This document shows positions 8,087-18,684 of a stretch of 64,000 nt of DNA, one piece after another. A model generated the notes under the pieces. That model worked only from the letters and a program-made list of their open reading frames with translations. It did not search any database and was not told the origin of the DNA. Numbering within the stretch: the first letter of the stretch is position 1; each line of letters opens with the position of its first letter. Source of the DNA: a virus. Its lineage: Duplodnaviria; Heunggongvirae; Uroviricota; Caudoviricetes. Location of the stretch: IMG/VR virus record IMGVR_UViG_3300010356_003454, positions 72,820 to 136,819 of that record; one strand, given 5' to 3'. The translations under genes were made by a program, and so were the position numbers.

Positions 8087-10684
8087 ATGGGTAAGTCATA
8101 TTCGGAGGCCCAATTGAGAGAGCAGGGCCTTCTCTATTTCAAAGGAGATATACTCGCAACGAATGTATGGATTAATAAATACGCACTAAAGACTAAAAGA
8201 GGAGATTACAAGGAATTAACGCCAGATGAAACAATAAAGAGATTAACAGCTGAAATAGAGAGAGCTGAAGCAAAATACCCAAACCCCCTTTCCCACAGAC
8301 AAATTTACGAAATGCTTAAGGGCTTCAAATATTTTATATTTGGAGGCTCTATTCTTTTTGGCCTGGGAAATGATGAGCAGGTTTCATCTTTAGGAAATTG
8401 TTTTTTTATTGATAATGGGTCAGATTCTTATGGAGGAATATTCCAGACAGAGGAGTCGATGGTTCAGCTGATGAAAAGAAGAGGTGGAGTCGGTATTACA
8501 TTAGAGCATTTAAGGCCCGAAACTTCTCTTGTCAATAATGCTGCTAAGACCTCTACAGGTGCAGTTTCATTTATGGATAGATTTTCTAATGGAACAAGAG
8601 AGGTTGCTCAAGACGGACGAAGAGGAGCTCTAATGATAACTATGCATGTGGATCATCCAGATATCATGAAATTTATCATGAAAAAAGATGATCTTACAAA
8701 AGTAACTGGAGCTAATATCTCTGTGAAGGTAACTGATAAATTCATGGAGGCTGTTGAAAGGGATGAAGACTATTATTTGTGCTGGCCTGTTAAGGATAAA
8801 AAACCAGAGATAAAAGAAAACCTTCCGTATAATTCTCTTCATATTCTTGAAGATGGATCCCATGTTAGGCGTGTTAGAGCGAAAGAGATATGGGATGCTA
8901 TAGTTAAGCAAGCTCATAAAAACGCTGAACCAGGTGTTCTATTCTGGGATAATGTCGTTAAGGAATCTCCTGCAGATTCTTATTCTCATTTAGGATTTAC
9001 AACGAAGGGAACTAATCCTTGTGGGGAAGTACCCCTATCCCCTTATGATTCATGTCGTTTGGGGTCTATTAATCTTTATCCTCTTGTTGATGATCCTTTT
9101 ACTCCAGATGCCCGGTTTAATTTTCAGAAATTAGCAAAACATGCCCGAATAGCTCAGAGATTTATGGATGATATTGTAGAGCTGGAAGAGGAAAAGGTGA
9201 TAAATATTATAGCTAAGATAAACAGCGATCCGGAGGATACGGAAATTAAAAGAAATGAATTAAGAACATGGGAAAGAGTCTTAGAAGTGTTGAGGAAGGG
9301 CCGAAGAACGGGGGTTGGCGAGCTAGGCTTAGGGGATGCGCTAGCTGCTCTGGGAATAAGGTTCGGAACGCCGGAAGCAACCAAACTGGCAGAGGAAATA
9401 CAAAAATGCATCGCCATTCACTCCTACAAGGAAAGCATTAATCTTGCTAAGGAGAGAGGAGCATTTCCAATTTGGAATCCTGATCTTGAATCTCCGAATC
9501 CATTTATCAGAAGAGTTATTGTTGATAATTTTGACAATAAAGAATATAAGGAATATGTTGATTCTGGCCGTAGAAATATAGCTAATATCAGTATTGCTCC
9601 GACCGGATCTCTTGCAATTCTTGGACAAACCACCTCTGGCATAGAACCTGTATTTAAAGTCTATTATCATAGAAGGAGAAAGGTTAATCCGGGGGAGAAA
9701 GATGTTAAAATTTCTCTGGTTGACCAAAATGGAGATTCATGGGAAGAATATAATGTTATCCATTATCCCTTTATTGATTGGTATATTCAACATCGTAAGG
9801 AAACATTTAAAGATTTAATTGAAAGGGGCGAGGAACTTCCAGAAGATTTATCATTTGAAGCAGTTTCCAAAGAATTAAAGGCTCTTCCTGTAGAAATATT
9901 GGACGAACTCGTTAAAGGCTCTCCCTGGGGTGGATCAGAATCCCACAATATCGATTATATCGAAAAGATAAAAATGCAAGGAGCTATTCAGAGATGGGTG
10001 GATCATTCTATTTCTGTAACTCATAATCTCCCAGCTGATATCTCTATTGATGAAGTTAATAAGATCTATTTCCAAGCGTGGAAAGCTGGTTGTAAGGGAC
10101 TTACTATTTATAGGGAAGGATCCAGAACGGGTGTTTTAATATCAAACAAGGAAAAAAAGGAGACTGAATTTAAGGAATCAACAGCCCCAAAAAGACCAGC
10201 TATATTAGAATCTGATTACTATGTTGCGAAGGCTAAAGGAAAGGAATTTGCTGTTATTGTAGGAAAATGGCCGGGAACAGAAAAACCATTTGAAGTCTTT
10301 GCCTTTGAAAATCCGCCAGCTAGCAAAAATACGAAAGGAAAGACCGTTAAAATTAAAAAGGGACATTATAAGTTCATTAATGGCGAATTTGAAATAGATA
10401 ATCTTCAGTTATCGGCCGAAAGGGTAGAGGAGAGAATGTTAACTCTGACAGCCTCTATGCTTTTGCGTCATGGTGCTCCAATTAAGCATGTAAATAATGT
10501 TATTCAAAAAATTGATGATAATATTTCATCATTTTCAACGGTAGTTCGAAGATATCTTTCTAGATATATTCCAGATGAAAAACTTGATGGGGAGGCATGT
10601 CCTCATTGCGGAGATAAATTAATAATGCAAGATGGATGTGTCAAATGTGTTAATCCCGAGTGCGGATATAGTAAGTGCGGATAA
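8087..10684 (+). CDS. nrdJ: class II (adenosylcobalamin-dependent) ribonucleotide reductase
   Basis: Active-site NPCGEV...CRLGSINL. Length 865 aa. C-terminal Zn ribbon CPHCG...CVKCVNPEC. Monomeric NrdJ-like architecture. Confidence 0.8.
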   Translation: MGKSYSEAQLREQGLLYFKGDILATNVWINKYALKTKRGDYKELTPDETIKRLTAEIERAEAKYPNPLSHRQIYEMLKGFKYFIFGGSILFGLGNDEQVSSLGNCFFIDNGSDSYGGIFQTEESMVQLMKRRGGVGITLEHLRPETSLVNNAAKTSTGAVSFMDRFSNGTREVAQDGRRGALMITMHVDHPDIMKFIMKKDDLTKVTGANISVKVTDKFMEAVERDEDYYLCWPVKDKKPEIKENLPYNSLHILEDGSHVRRVRAKEIWDAIVKQAHKNAEPGVLFWDNVVKESPADSYSHLGFTTKGTNPCGEVPLSPYDSCRLGSINLYPLVDDPFTPDARFNFQKLAKHARIAQRFMDDIVELEEEKVINIIAKINSDPEDTEIKRNELRTWERVLEVLRKGRRTGVGELGLGDALAALGIRFGTPEATKLAEEIQKCIAIHSYKESINLAKERGAFPIWNPDLESPNPFIRRVIVDNFDNKEYKEYVDSGRRNIANISIAPTGSLAILGQTTSGIEPVFKVYYHRRRKVNPGEKDVKISLVDQNGDSWEEYNVIHYPFIDWYIQHRKETFKDLIERGEELPEDLSFEAVSKELKALPVEILDELVKGSPWGGSESHNIDYIEKIKMQGAIQRWVDHSISVTHNLPADISIDEVNKIYFQAWKAGCKGLTIYREGSRTGVLISNKEKKETEFKESTAPKRPAILESDYYVAKAKGKEFAVIVGKWPGTEKPFEVFAFENPPASKNTKGKTVKIKKGHYKFINGEFEIDNLQLSAERVEERMLTLTASMLLRHGAPIKHVNNVIQKIDDNISSFSTVVRRYLSRYIPDEKLDGEACPHCGDKLIMQDGCVKCVNPECGYSKCG

Positions 10685-10692
10685 AAATAAAA

Positions 10693-10718
10693 GGCCTCGA
10701 AAAATCCGGGGCTTTTTT
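10693..10718 (+). terminator. rho-independent terminator
   Basis: ggcctcg-aaaaat-ccggggc hairpin followed by TTTTTT. Near-identical to the terminator at 63456. Confidence 0.55.
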
Positions 10719-10735
10719 GTGGGGATATATAATAT

Positions 10736-11164
10736 ATGAAAGCTAGATTTGTCTTTGAAAATATAGAATTTAATCGCGGAAGGGATCCAAAGGATTCTCT
10801 TTTTGGATTAAGGCCTGGACAAGTGGTTATCCCTAATAGGAAAAAAAATCCTGATAAGAAAGGATATCTTAGAAATGGAATTTATTATATTCAAAGAGTT
10901 TTTCATGATAAATTTGGGGAGATCGACGGATATAGTATTTCCGGACTTGGCGATGTAGTATATTATGGAAATATAGAAGGATATCCAAGATTTGAAAAGT
11001 TTGGTGGACAACATCATACTTCTGTAAGACCCGATGAAGTAATAGGAATATCCGGAACCGATAAAGAAGTTTTTGAAAAATGGTGGAATAGTGAAGAGGG
11101 CAAAAAGAAAAGAGAATATATCCAGAAATGGGATAAAGTTGTCCCTTTTATTTCTAAATTTTAA
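10736..11164 (+). CDS. FERG-leader family protein (variant leader MKARFVFENIEFNRGRDPKDSLFG)
   Basis: Leader variant of the family consensus. Confidence 0.5.
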   Translation: MKARFVFENIEFNRGRDPKDSLFGLRPGQVVIPNRKKNPDKKGYLRNGIYYIQRVFHDKFGEIDGYSISGLGDVVYYGNIEGYPRFEKFGGQHHTSVRPDEVIGISGTDKEVFEKWWNSEEGKKKREYIQKWDKVVPFISKF

Positions 11165-11192
11165 ATAGATATAAAGAATAAGAAGCTATATA

Positions 11193-12068
11193 ATGAAAGA
11201 AGGAACCATTAGAAATATATTAGCTGAAGAGCTTTTTGGAACTAGAATTTGTGAATCTGTCGAAGATCAAGAAATTCTAGAAACATTTTATAGCGGTCTA
11301 AAACCTGTATTTGAGAAGTTCTTATGGGGAGAGCCAATATCGGTCGAAGAGCTACGTAAACTTCTCCGAAAGAGTATTGTAAATTTTGAATTTATTAAAC
11401 TTGATGGCGAAGTGAGACCTGCAAGAGGAACAACCATGCTTAAATATATTCCTAAAGAGGATCAGCCTAAAGGAATTCGTCCGTCATCTGATGCGGTAGC
11501 TACTTTCTTTGATATGGATAAGGAGGCTTGGAGAAGCGTATCTAAAAAATCCAAAGAGATAGTTCTTAAGAAAGATCAAGAAAAAGATCGTCCGATAGTA
11601 GTTGTAAAAGATAAGGAAGAGGGCCTTAAGAAAAAAGGTAAAGAGATCGAAAAAATTGGTCCTGAACCGGAAGATGAACTTAACGTGGGAGATATCAGAT
11701 ATTATCTAAACAGAAATAATAGAGATATTGTTATTCGTATAACTAGAATGGATGACGATGGATCAGTTTATGCAGAGACATTTAGAGAGAAAACTCCATT
11801 TAAAATACCGGCTAATAGGATCAGAAATATAGGTGAAAAATTAACTCCTGAGGAACTTCAGAAATTGCAAAAGCCAAGACCTATTATTCCTCCAACCCCG
11901 ATTGCTAAACCCAAACCAGTAGCTCCCGAAATGAAGCCTGTAACTCCTACAACCCCTGAAGGAGAAGAGGGAGAGGTTATAGAGCTTAAACCTATTGAGG
12001 ATGTAGAGACTAAGGAGCCTCCTGAAGAAGTTGAGGATAGAGAAGACGCTGAAGAACTTCTTAAATAA
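11193..12068 (+). CDS. hypothetical protein with Pro-rich / acidic C-terminus
   Basis: ORF. C-terminal PxxP-rich region followed by an acidic tail. Confidence 0.4.
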   Translation: MKEGTIRNILAEELFGTRICESVEDQEILETFYSGLKPVFEKFLWGEPISVEELRKLLRKSIVNFEFIKLDGEVRPARGTTMLKYIPKEDQPKGIRPSSDAVATFFDMDKEAWRSVSKKSKEIVLKKDQEKDRPIVVVKDKEEGLKKKGKEIEKIGPEPEDELNVGDIRYYLNRNNRDIVIRITRMDDDGSVYAETFREKTPFKIPANRIRNIGEKLTPEELQKLQKPRPIIPPTPIAKPKPVAPEMKPVTPTTPEGEEGEVIELKPIEDVETKEPPEEVEDREDAEELLK

Positions 12069-12108
12069 TCTTAAAAACTTATTCCTCTTATCTTTTTATA
12101 AAGATTAT

Positions 12109-13170
12109 ATGAAAGCTATGGATAGAAAATTTGACTTGGATGATATAGCTATCATCCCGACAATTGTTAGTGAAATTAGGAGTAGATCAGAATGTAAGAT
12201 TTCTAGATCTTTTGAGAATGAAATTATGGTACTACCTCTTATGGCTTCTCCTATGGATACCGTGGTTTGTGAGAAGAACTATGAGAGGTATATTCTTGAG
12301 GGAATAATTCCCTGTATACCGCGGGGTCAAAAAGTACCGAAATCTAAATCTGAATTTTATTTTAAATCATATGGATTAAGTGAAATAGAATATCAGCTAG
12401 AATATGAAGGAAAGGGCCCAGAAGATTTTTATAATTTTCCTAATATTCTTATAGATATTGCCAATGGCCATATGAAGAGATTGGTAGAGGTAGTTAAGGA
12501 GATAAAGGAATTTTATCCGCACATAAAGATTATGGTTGGAAATGTGGCTCATCCTCTTACCTATAAAAATTTGGCTATGGCAGGAGCAGACTATGTTAGG
12601 TGCTCGATAGGAACGGGGGCTGGCTGTACCACAGCGGCAAATGTGGCTATTAATTATCCTATTGGCAGTTTGATACATGAATGCGCAAAAATCAAAAAAG
12701 AGTGTAATTTGACAGCAAAAATAGTTGCTGATGGAGGAGCAAAAGATTATTCTGATATTATAAAGGCTTTGGCACTTGGAGCAGACTATGTTATGATGGG
12801 ATCTATTTTTAACAGAAGCATGGAGAGTGCAGGATTTAATTATCTTAAGACCCCATTTGGAAAGATTCGGATTAAAAATTATGATCTTGCAAGAGCTCTA
12901 TGGAAATGGGATTTCCCCATATATAAAAAGTATAGGGGGATGAGCACTAAGGCCGTTCAGCGAAGCTGGGGAAAGGCTCAGCTAGTTACAGCTGAGGGAA
13001 TTACAAAATATCAGAAAGTTGCTTATACTCTTAAACAGTGGACTGAAAATTTTAGGGATTATCTTCGTTCCAATATGAGTTATTCTGGAAGTAGAACACT
13101 AGAAGAATTTATCGGAGATGCTGAATGGGTATTTATAACAGAGAGGGCCCGGAAGCGCTTTGAGAAGTAG
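12109..13170 (+). CDS. GMP reductase / IMP dehydrogenase family protein
   Basis: N-terminal FDLDDIAIIP. Catalytic Cys loop CSIGTGAGCTT. VADGGAK...LALGADYVMMGS matches the IMPDH/GuaC TIM barrel. The ATG at 12109 is inside a longer tracked ORF. Confidence 0.55.
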   Translation: MKAMDRKFDLDDIAIIPTIVSEIRSRSECKISRSFENEIMVLPLMASPMDTVVCEKNYERYILEGIIPCIPRGQKVPKSKSEFYFKSYGLSEIEYQLEYEGKGPEDFYNFPNILIDIANGHMKRLVEVVKEIKEFYPHIKIMVGNVAHPLTYKNLAMAGADYVRCSIGTGAGCTTAANVAINYPIGSLIHECAKIKKECNLTAKIVADGGAKDYSDIIKALALGADYVMMGSIFNRSMESAGFNYLKTPFGKIRIKNYDLARALWKWDFPIYKKYRGMSTKAVQRSWGKAQLVTAEGITKYQKVAYTLKQWTENFRDYLRSNMSYSGSRTLEEFIGDAEWVFITERARKRFEK

Positions 13171-13819
13171 ATTTTTTATAAGGACCTCTTTTTATTCCTT
13201 TTCTACTTTTTGACATTTTTTCTCTTGTTTCGATAGACATTTTTTTACCTAACCAAGGTTTATTTTTAGCATTATTTTGGCTTATTTTCTTTTTATGCTC
13301 TTCCGATAATTTTTTGCCTTTAAAGTTTTTACTAATTTGTTTTTTATGTTCTTCTGATAGATGACTTCCTTTCATTGCATTCTCTATTTCGCCATTTAAG
13401 TATTTTTTCTTTAATGTTTCGGAAATCTTCTTCTTTGTTTCCTCTGATTTAGCAATGGATTTATTTCTAGATATGCCCCTTCCATTTTTACTAATAGCTT
13501 CCTTACTTTTTTCGGAATGGGAAAACGATCCTTTAACCCCTAATCCCCCGGTAGGGCTTATATTATATCCATTTGGCTGTAAGGTATTGAATTTTTTTAT
13601 ATATTTTTTTTGAGCATTAAAAGCCTCTTCTTTAGTTTCAAAGAGTTCTAATATAGTTTTTTTAAAATTTTTCTTACCGTATTTTTTCAATGCTCTCTTG
13701 AATAATGGCCTTCCACTTCCGAGATATGGATCTTCTTCTGGATTACAATCACAAGATCGATCCCCAACATATTGAAGACCATTTATTTTGTTAGTTGTAA
13801 TGTAGGTATAGTGGAACAT
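13133..13819 (-). CDS. GIY-YIG homing endonuclease
   Basis: N-terminal HYTYITTNKINGLQYVG (GIY-YIG). C-terminal NUMOD3-like repeats (SEEHKKKIS, SEETKKKISE). It is the only convincing minus-strand gene and converges on the preceding + gene with a 38-nt overlap. Confidence 0.7.
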   Translation of the reverse strand: MFHYTYITTNKINGLQYVGDRSCDCNPEEDPYLGSGRPLFKRALKKYGKKNFKKTILELFETKEEAFNAQKKYIKKFNTLQPNGYNISPTGGLGVKGSFSHSEKSKEAISKNGRGISRNKSIAKSEETKKKISETLKKKYLNGEIENAMKGSHLSEEHKKQISKNFKGKKLSEEHKKKISQNNAKNKPWLGKKMSIETREKMSKSRKGIKRGPYKKSTSQSASGPSLL

Positions 13820-13892
13820 AAATCTTATTGGGCCTTATTTTATATAAAGATATATAGTATATATTAATGAAATTAATTACAGAAAGAGAAGG

Positions 13893-14690
13893 ATGGCTAT
13901 ATTATTATATGCGAATGGAATTACAGAAGAACTAAAATCTGCAGATCATACTTTTACTGATCAGGAGATTTATAATATATTTGAGGGCTTTGATAGGATA
14001 AGATCGTTTAGGCTTTATGAGGTCCCTAATACTTGGTGTGTCTGGGGTCAGAGAGAGCCTGTAAATAAGTCCCCGGATGAATTCAATCAGGTAGGAACTG
14101 ATATTCTGGATCAACCATGCTATTCTCCAGTTCTCTTTATTCATGATACAGAGATTAATCCTGGTTGGATGTTAACGGATGATGTTATTCTTTCTGGATA
14201 TGGTGATTTTCATAATGAGCTAACTAATTTTTTTAATGAAGTAGCTAAAGGAATATTAGAGGAGAGAGAAAGAATTAGGCAAGAAACGGGAGAACCTCCA
14301 AATCTACTTGTTATGGAACAGAAGGGGATATCAGAGGATAAGCGAATTATTTTTCAATTTGATATGGATAAGCAAGTTGAAGAATTCTTTTCAGAGCCAA
14401 ATCTTAGTGAATTTGCTAAAAAGGTTCACAATTTTCTTAAGTTCTCATATAAGGATGGAGATATATTCGCAATTTATGCAGATAAGAATATTATAATGGT
14501 TATGTCTGATAATCAGGTAAAACCATTTATTGAAAAAATCATAGCATATTTTCAGCATCATGAGAATTATGAGGCTTGTTCCATAATTAGGAATACTTAT
14601 GATAGATGGATAAAATATAAGGAATCTAAAAAAGAGAAATCCGCTCCAAAGAGAGGAAGACCTCGAAAAAATTCGGATTCACAAAAATAG
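13893..14690 (+). CDS. hypothetical protein with C-terminal AT-hook
   Basis: C-terminal PKRGRPRK motif (AT-hook). Confidence 0.4.
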   Translation: MAILLYANGITEELKSADHTFTDQEIYNIFEGFDRIRSFRLYEVPNTWCVWGQREPVNKSPDEFNQVGTDILDQPCYSPVLFIHDTEINPGWMLTDDVILSGYGDFHNELTNFFNEVAKGILEERERIRQETGEPPNLLVMEQKGISEDKRIIFQFDMDKQVEEFFSEPNLSEFAKKVHNFLKFSYKDGDIFAIYADKNIIMVMSDNQVKPFIEKIIAYFQHHENYEACSIIRNTYDRWIKYKESKKEKSAPKRGRPRKNSDSQK

Positions 14691-14696
14691 AAGAGG

Positions 14697-15485
14697 ATGT
14701 ATGATAAGGAAAATAAAAATATCCTTCTTCACCAGATTAATATAGAAGGCGGGAATCTTTCTTTTAGGGAGGTAATACCCGTTTTTGATTCTTCTACTAT
14801 TCCAGAACAAATTTTATCAATTGATTCAAGCGGAAATATATTCTGGCTTAGGTTTCCTGAGATACCAGAAATCCCTCAAATACCAGAAATCCCTAAAATA
14901 CCAGAATTTCACGTCGTTGAGAATAATAGAATAATCGAGACAGAGATCTTTTATAAAGATGGCCGTGTCGGGATATCTAGAATACCCCTTCTTAATTATA
15001 AATTTGATATAGGAGTTCCCAGAGATACCCTCATGACAGCTATCCATGTTGGTGATGGAAAATATGGGTTTTCTATGGGAAACGGGACCTCCCAGGGATT
15101 TATTCCAGAGATAATAGGAATGGGATCTGATGAGAATGATGCAGGCCTTTATTTTTTGGGAAAATCCGGTAATAATCTTCCTTCGAATATACCACTCATT
15201 ATTATAGATGGGCGTAATGCTGCTCATGAGAGCTTGACAAATAGACCAATTTTAGGGGTAACAAGCGGAGATTATTCTAAGTATAAACTTCTCTTGGATC
15301 ATGAGGGAAAGCTAGGATTAGGTAAATCACCAGAAATATATAAGATGGAGATCGCTGGGTCTGTTATGGCTGAAGATTTTATAGTAGGGGATCTGAGTAT
15401 GAAAGCTTTAATAGATGTAGTTAAGGAACTCAAAGAAGAGATAGATACATTAAGAAACAAGATAAATCTACTAGAACAAAAATAA
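14697..15485 (+). CDS. hypothetical protein with PEIP tandem repeats and C-terminal coiled coil
   Basis: 18-nt tandem repeats encode PEIPEIPQIPEIPKIPE. The last about 40 aa are a heptad-like coiled coil. Confidence 0.4.
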   Translation: MYDKENKNILLHQINIEGGNLSFREVIPVFDSSTIPEQILSIDSSGNIFWLRFPEIPEIPQIPEIPKIPEFHVVENNRIIETEIFYKDGRVGISRIPLLNYKFDIGVPRDTLMTAIHVGDGKYGFSMGNGTSQGFIPEIIGMGSDENDAGLYFLGKSGNNLPSNIPLIIIDGRNAAHESLTNRPILGVTSGDYSKYKLLLDHEGKLGLGKSPEIYKMEIAGSVMAEDFIVGDLSMKALIDVVKELKEEIDTLRNKINLLEQK

Positions 15486-15513
15486 TAAAATAAACAAAAA
15501 TTAAAGAGCATGG

Positions 15514-16008
15514 ATGATACAAAATTTATTGTTAGGGTCAATTCTCCTCTTATGCGTATTACTCATTATTTCCCTATTTCGAAAGCCTTTAGACCAAAGG
15601 ACTAAAAATCCTTGTGGGTTCAAAATATTTCCACCTAAATTTGATATTAGGGGTGATAAGAAAATCGCCTCTTTTAGCATTGGAGTTGAGAAGAAGCACA
15701 AGTATTTTATTAATTTTCCTCTAATGTTCAGATTCTACTCCAAAGATAAATTTAAAACGGATGTTAAAATTTACTATTCCACCCCAGGAGAGAATAGACA
15801 AATGATCTTAGACAAACAAATTGAATATACTTCTAAAACTAGAGAATTCATTACTTATATTACTGACGTTATTCTAGGCAAACTATCCATAGATATCGAA
15901 TTAGAAGTAATGGAAGGAAATCCGACAATACTCTTTGAGATTATGGAGAATAGCACTTGTAATCTTATGAAAGAACACAAGTTAGAGATAAAATTCCCAG
16001 AATCTTAA
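15514..16008 (+). CDS. membrane-anchored hypothetical protein
   Basis: N-terminal TM helix. Confidence 0.35.
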   Translation: MIQNLLLGSILLLCVLLIISLFRKPLDQRTKNPCGFKIFPPKFDIRGDKKIASFSIGVEKKHKYFINFPLMFRFYSKDKFKTDVKIYYSTPGENRQMILDKQIEYTSKTREFITYITDVILGKLSIDIELEVMEGNPTILFEIMENSTCNLMKEHKLEIKFPES

Positions 16009-16083
16009 CGATTTTTTAGCGATAATATTTTTTTATTAAGGATCTTTTTATTATATTTGTCCTATTAAAGGCAAAAAAGTAAT

Positions 16084-17970
16084 ATGATGGATCCAGACTT
16101 TAGACTTTTAGAAGACAGATATTTAAAAGCGAAAATCGCTTATTATGAGGGCAACCCAATTATGTCTGATGCAGAATTTGATGCATTAGAGGCTCATCTT
16201 AAATCATTGGGTTCTAAAGCTCCTGAACAAGTTGGAGCAAAGAGAAAGGACTTCGATTTCTCCCATCCCACGAAAATGCTCTCTCTGGCTAAACTTCAGA
16301 CTGAAGCAACTGAGGATGGAACAGATTATAAAGAAGAAGATTTTCGTAAGTGGGTGAATAAGAATAAAGCTATTCTTGGGGTTCTTCCCGAATTGGAGGC
16401 TTCTCCAAAATTTGACGGAAATGCTATTAATATAATATATCAGGGAACAAAACTTCATAACATCCTTACAAGAGGCGACGGTCTTACAGGTAAGGATATC
16501 ACAAAGAGAATGGCTCAGCACGTTCCCGATGAGCTTCTCCTCCTCGGACTGGATGTTCGGGATACTGATACGATCGAGATACGCGCGGAAGTAGTAATAG
16601 ATGTCCCTCTCTTTAATGAAAAATATGCTTCTGAATTTGCTAATGCTCGTAATTATGTTGCGGGAGTTATTGGAAAGGATGATGCAGATGAGATTAAGGC
16701 TTCAGAATTAACCGTAATTCCTCTTCATTTTCTTGTTAATGGAAAACACGTCGCATGGTCTCATTTCAAAAGAAATCTTTTTTCTTGTCAGAATTGGAAT
16801 TCATCTTTTATTCCTGACAATTATGTCTACACTATTCAGTCATTTGAGAAATTGAGAAAAACTCTCAACTACCAGCTTGACGGTGTCGTTATATCATTTC
16901 CAGCTCACGTCCGTGAAACTCTTGGTGAAAATGACCATGACCCTGAATGGGCTATAGCAATTAAATTCGTTCCGGTTGAGACGATTACAGAAGTTGATGG
17001 AATCGAATGGAATGTCTCAAAAAAAGGAGAAATAATGCCTACCGTTCTATTATCACCGGTATTTCTGGATGGATCTACAGTTCGCAGGGCCTCCGGATAT
17101 AATGCAGGCTATATTACTAATAAAGCTATAGGTGTTGGCGCTAAAGTATCTCTGGCTAAGGCGGGGGATATAATTCCTGAGATTCAGAAGGTTATAGCAG
17201 AAACCACAGAAACTTTCGTTCTTCCTTGCCAATGTCCTGCATGCGGATCCAAACTCACTTTTGATGGTATTCACCTTATGTGCACTAATAATATGTGCGA
17301 AGGCAAGATTGCTAAGCAATTGGCATCGGCTATTTCAATTTTGGATGTTAAGGGCGTAGGTGAAAAAACTATCGAACCATTCGCTAAGAAATTTGGAGAT
17401 ATTTATCAGGTGATGAAATGGGTCCTTTCCCAGCCAAATGCTCTTGGTGAATTTGGATTTGAAATAGGATCTAAGTCTCATCAGAATTTTGTAAATGCTT
17501 TTAAAAATATCAGATCCCTTACTTATGAGCAGGTTATTCAAATGCTCGGATATGAAAATGTTGGAAAGAAGCTCTCCGTTCAGCTCGCACGCGAGCACGC
17601 GGGATTAGAATATAATTATATGCACCTCGAAAAGGCCCTCGTTGCTAAACTTCGCTCTCCTGAAGTAAGCGGATATATCAAAGAGGTGGTTAAGGGATTA
17701 GAAGATCTTGGGATTTCAATTGATCGTCCCAAAGGGGAAACAGGGAATGGAACCAGCGTAGGCGTTTGCCTAACTGGTTCCCCCAAGGATTTTGGCTATG
17801 CTACAAAAGCTGAATTCCTTGCTAAATTCCCTAATGTTAAAGAGGTATCACTTACAGATTCCTCATGTAAATATCTTGTTACTGATTCTTATCAGTCTAC
17901 AAGCAGCAAGATGAAAACTGCAGAGAAGAAGGGAATAAAAATATTAACTTATGGAGATTTTAAAATATGA
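16084..17970 (+). CDS. ligA: NAD-dependent DNA ligase
   Basis: Ia domain (YYEGNPIMSDAEFDALE). Adenylation Lys in KFDG. Zn finger CPACGSKLTFDGIHLMC. C-terminal HhH and BRCT-like region. Length 628 aa. Confidence 0.8.
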   Translation: MMDPDFRLLEDRYLKAKIAYYEGNPIMSDAEFDALEAHLKSLGSKAPEQVGAKRKDFDFSHPTKMLSLAKLQTEATEDGTDYKEEDFRKWVNKNKAILGVLPELEASPKFDGNAINIIYQGTKLHNILTRGDGLTGKDITKRMAQHVPDELLLLGLDVRDTDTIEIRAEVVIDVPLFNEKYASEFANARNYVAGVIGKDDADEIKASELTVIPLHFLVNGKHVAWSHFKRNLFSCQNWNSSFIPDNYVYTIQSFEKLRKTLNYQLDGVVISFPAHVRETLGENDHDPEWAIAIKFVPVETITEVDGIEWNVSKKGEIMPTVLLSPVFLDGSTVRRASGYNAGYITNKAIGVGAKVSLAKAGDIIPEIQKVIAETTETFVLPCQCPACGSKLTFDGIHLMCTNNMCEGKIAKQLASAISILDVKGVGEKTIEPFAKKFGDIYQVMKWVLSQPNALGEFGFEIGSKSHQNFVNAFKNIRSLTYEQVIQMLGYENVGKKLSVQLAREHAGLEYNYMHLEKALVAKLRSPEVSGYIKEVVKGLEDLGISIDRPKGETGNGTSVGVCLTGSPKDFGYATKAEFLAKFPNVKEVSLTDSSCKYLVTDSYQSTSSKMKTAEKKGIKILTYGDFKI

Positions 17971-18030
17971 AAAATATTTTCAAAAGACTATTTTGTAGTC
18001 ATATTTTCAAAGAGGAAAAAAAAGGAATTC

Positions 18031-18168
18031 ATGGAAACAAAAAGAGAAATCCTTGGGAGCGAGGGTTTCATGCCAGTATTCTCGAACTATAGCTATTATG
18101 CAATATACAAAAAATGCATTAAGTGCGGGAAAGAAAAAATAGTTACTAAACGAGTTTTAAATCTCTAA
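18031..18168 (+). CDS. small CxxC ORF (45 aa)
   Basis: ATG-initiated 45-codon ORF in the 200-nt gap between the ligase and the next gene. Contains CIKCGKE. Not in the provided ORF track. Confidence 0.15.
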   Translation: METKREILGSEGFMPVFSNYSYYAIYKKCIKCGKEKIVTKRVLNL

Positions 18169-18170
18169 AA

Positions 18171-18680
18171 ATGCCTAAGTTGATAGAACTAGAAAAAATA
18201 AAAGGAAAAAGCGTTACCTTAACAGATGAGGAATACGCAATGTGTCAGAAATTTCTAAATGAGAGTAAAAATTCTCATAGATCCATGGGAAGAACTGATA
18301 CCAAGAAGGAAGCAGATATACTTAATGGAAAAATAGGGGAGATTGGCTTTCATAATCTTGCCAAAGCAATTTTCAGGGGCATGTCTGATGTTAATCTTCG
18401 AAATATGCCTTATGGCGATGGTAATTATGATTTCATCCTTAAAGATAATCTCAATACTGACGTTAAGTGTAATTATAATCCCGCTTATGATAAGGTATTT
18501 TTTAAGCCTGTTCTTGGATATGATATACTCTCTCTTGTTGATGTAAGGGGAAGGACCGTTACCTATATCGGGTCTATTTCCAGAGGAGATGCTATAGAGA
18601 ATATGTCAAGACTTTCAGGAGCGGTTGGAGATATGGGATATTATGTATACAGAAGCCTTTTTGAAAACTCAACATTTTAA
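18171..18680 (+). CDS. hypothetical protein
   Basis: ORF. No recognisable motifs. Confidence 0.35.
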   Translation: MPKLIELEKIKGKSVTLTDEEYAMCQKFLNESKNSHRSMGRTDTKKEADILNGKIGEIGFHNLAKAIFRGMSDVNLRNMPYGDGNYDFILKDNLNTDVKCNYNPAYDKVFFKPVLGYDILSLVDVRGRTVTYIGSISRGDAIENMSRLSGAVGDMGYYVYRSLFENSTF

Positions 18681-18684
18681 AATA

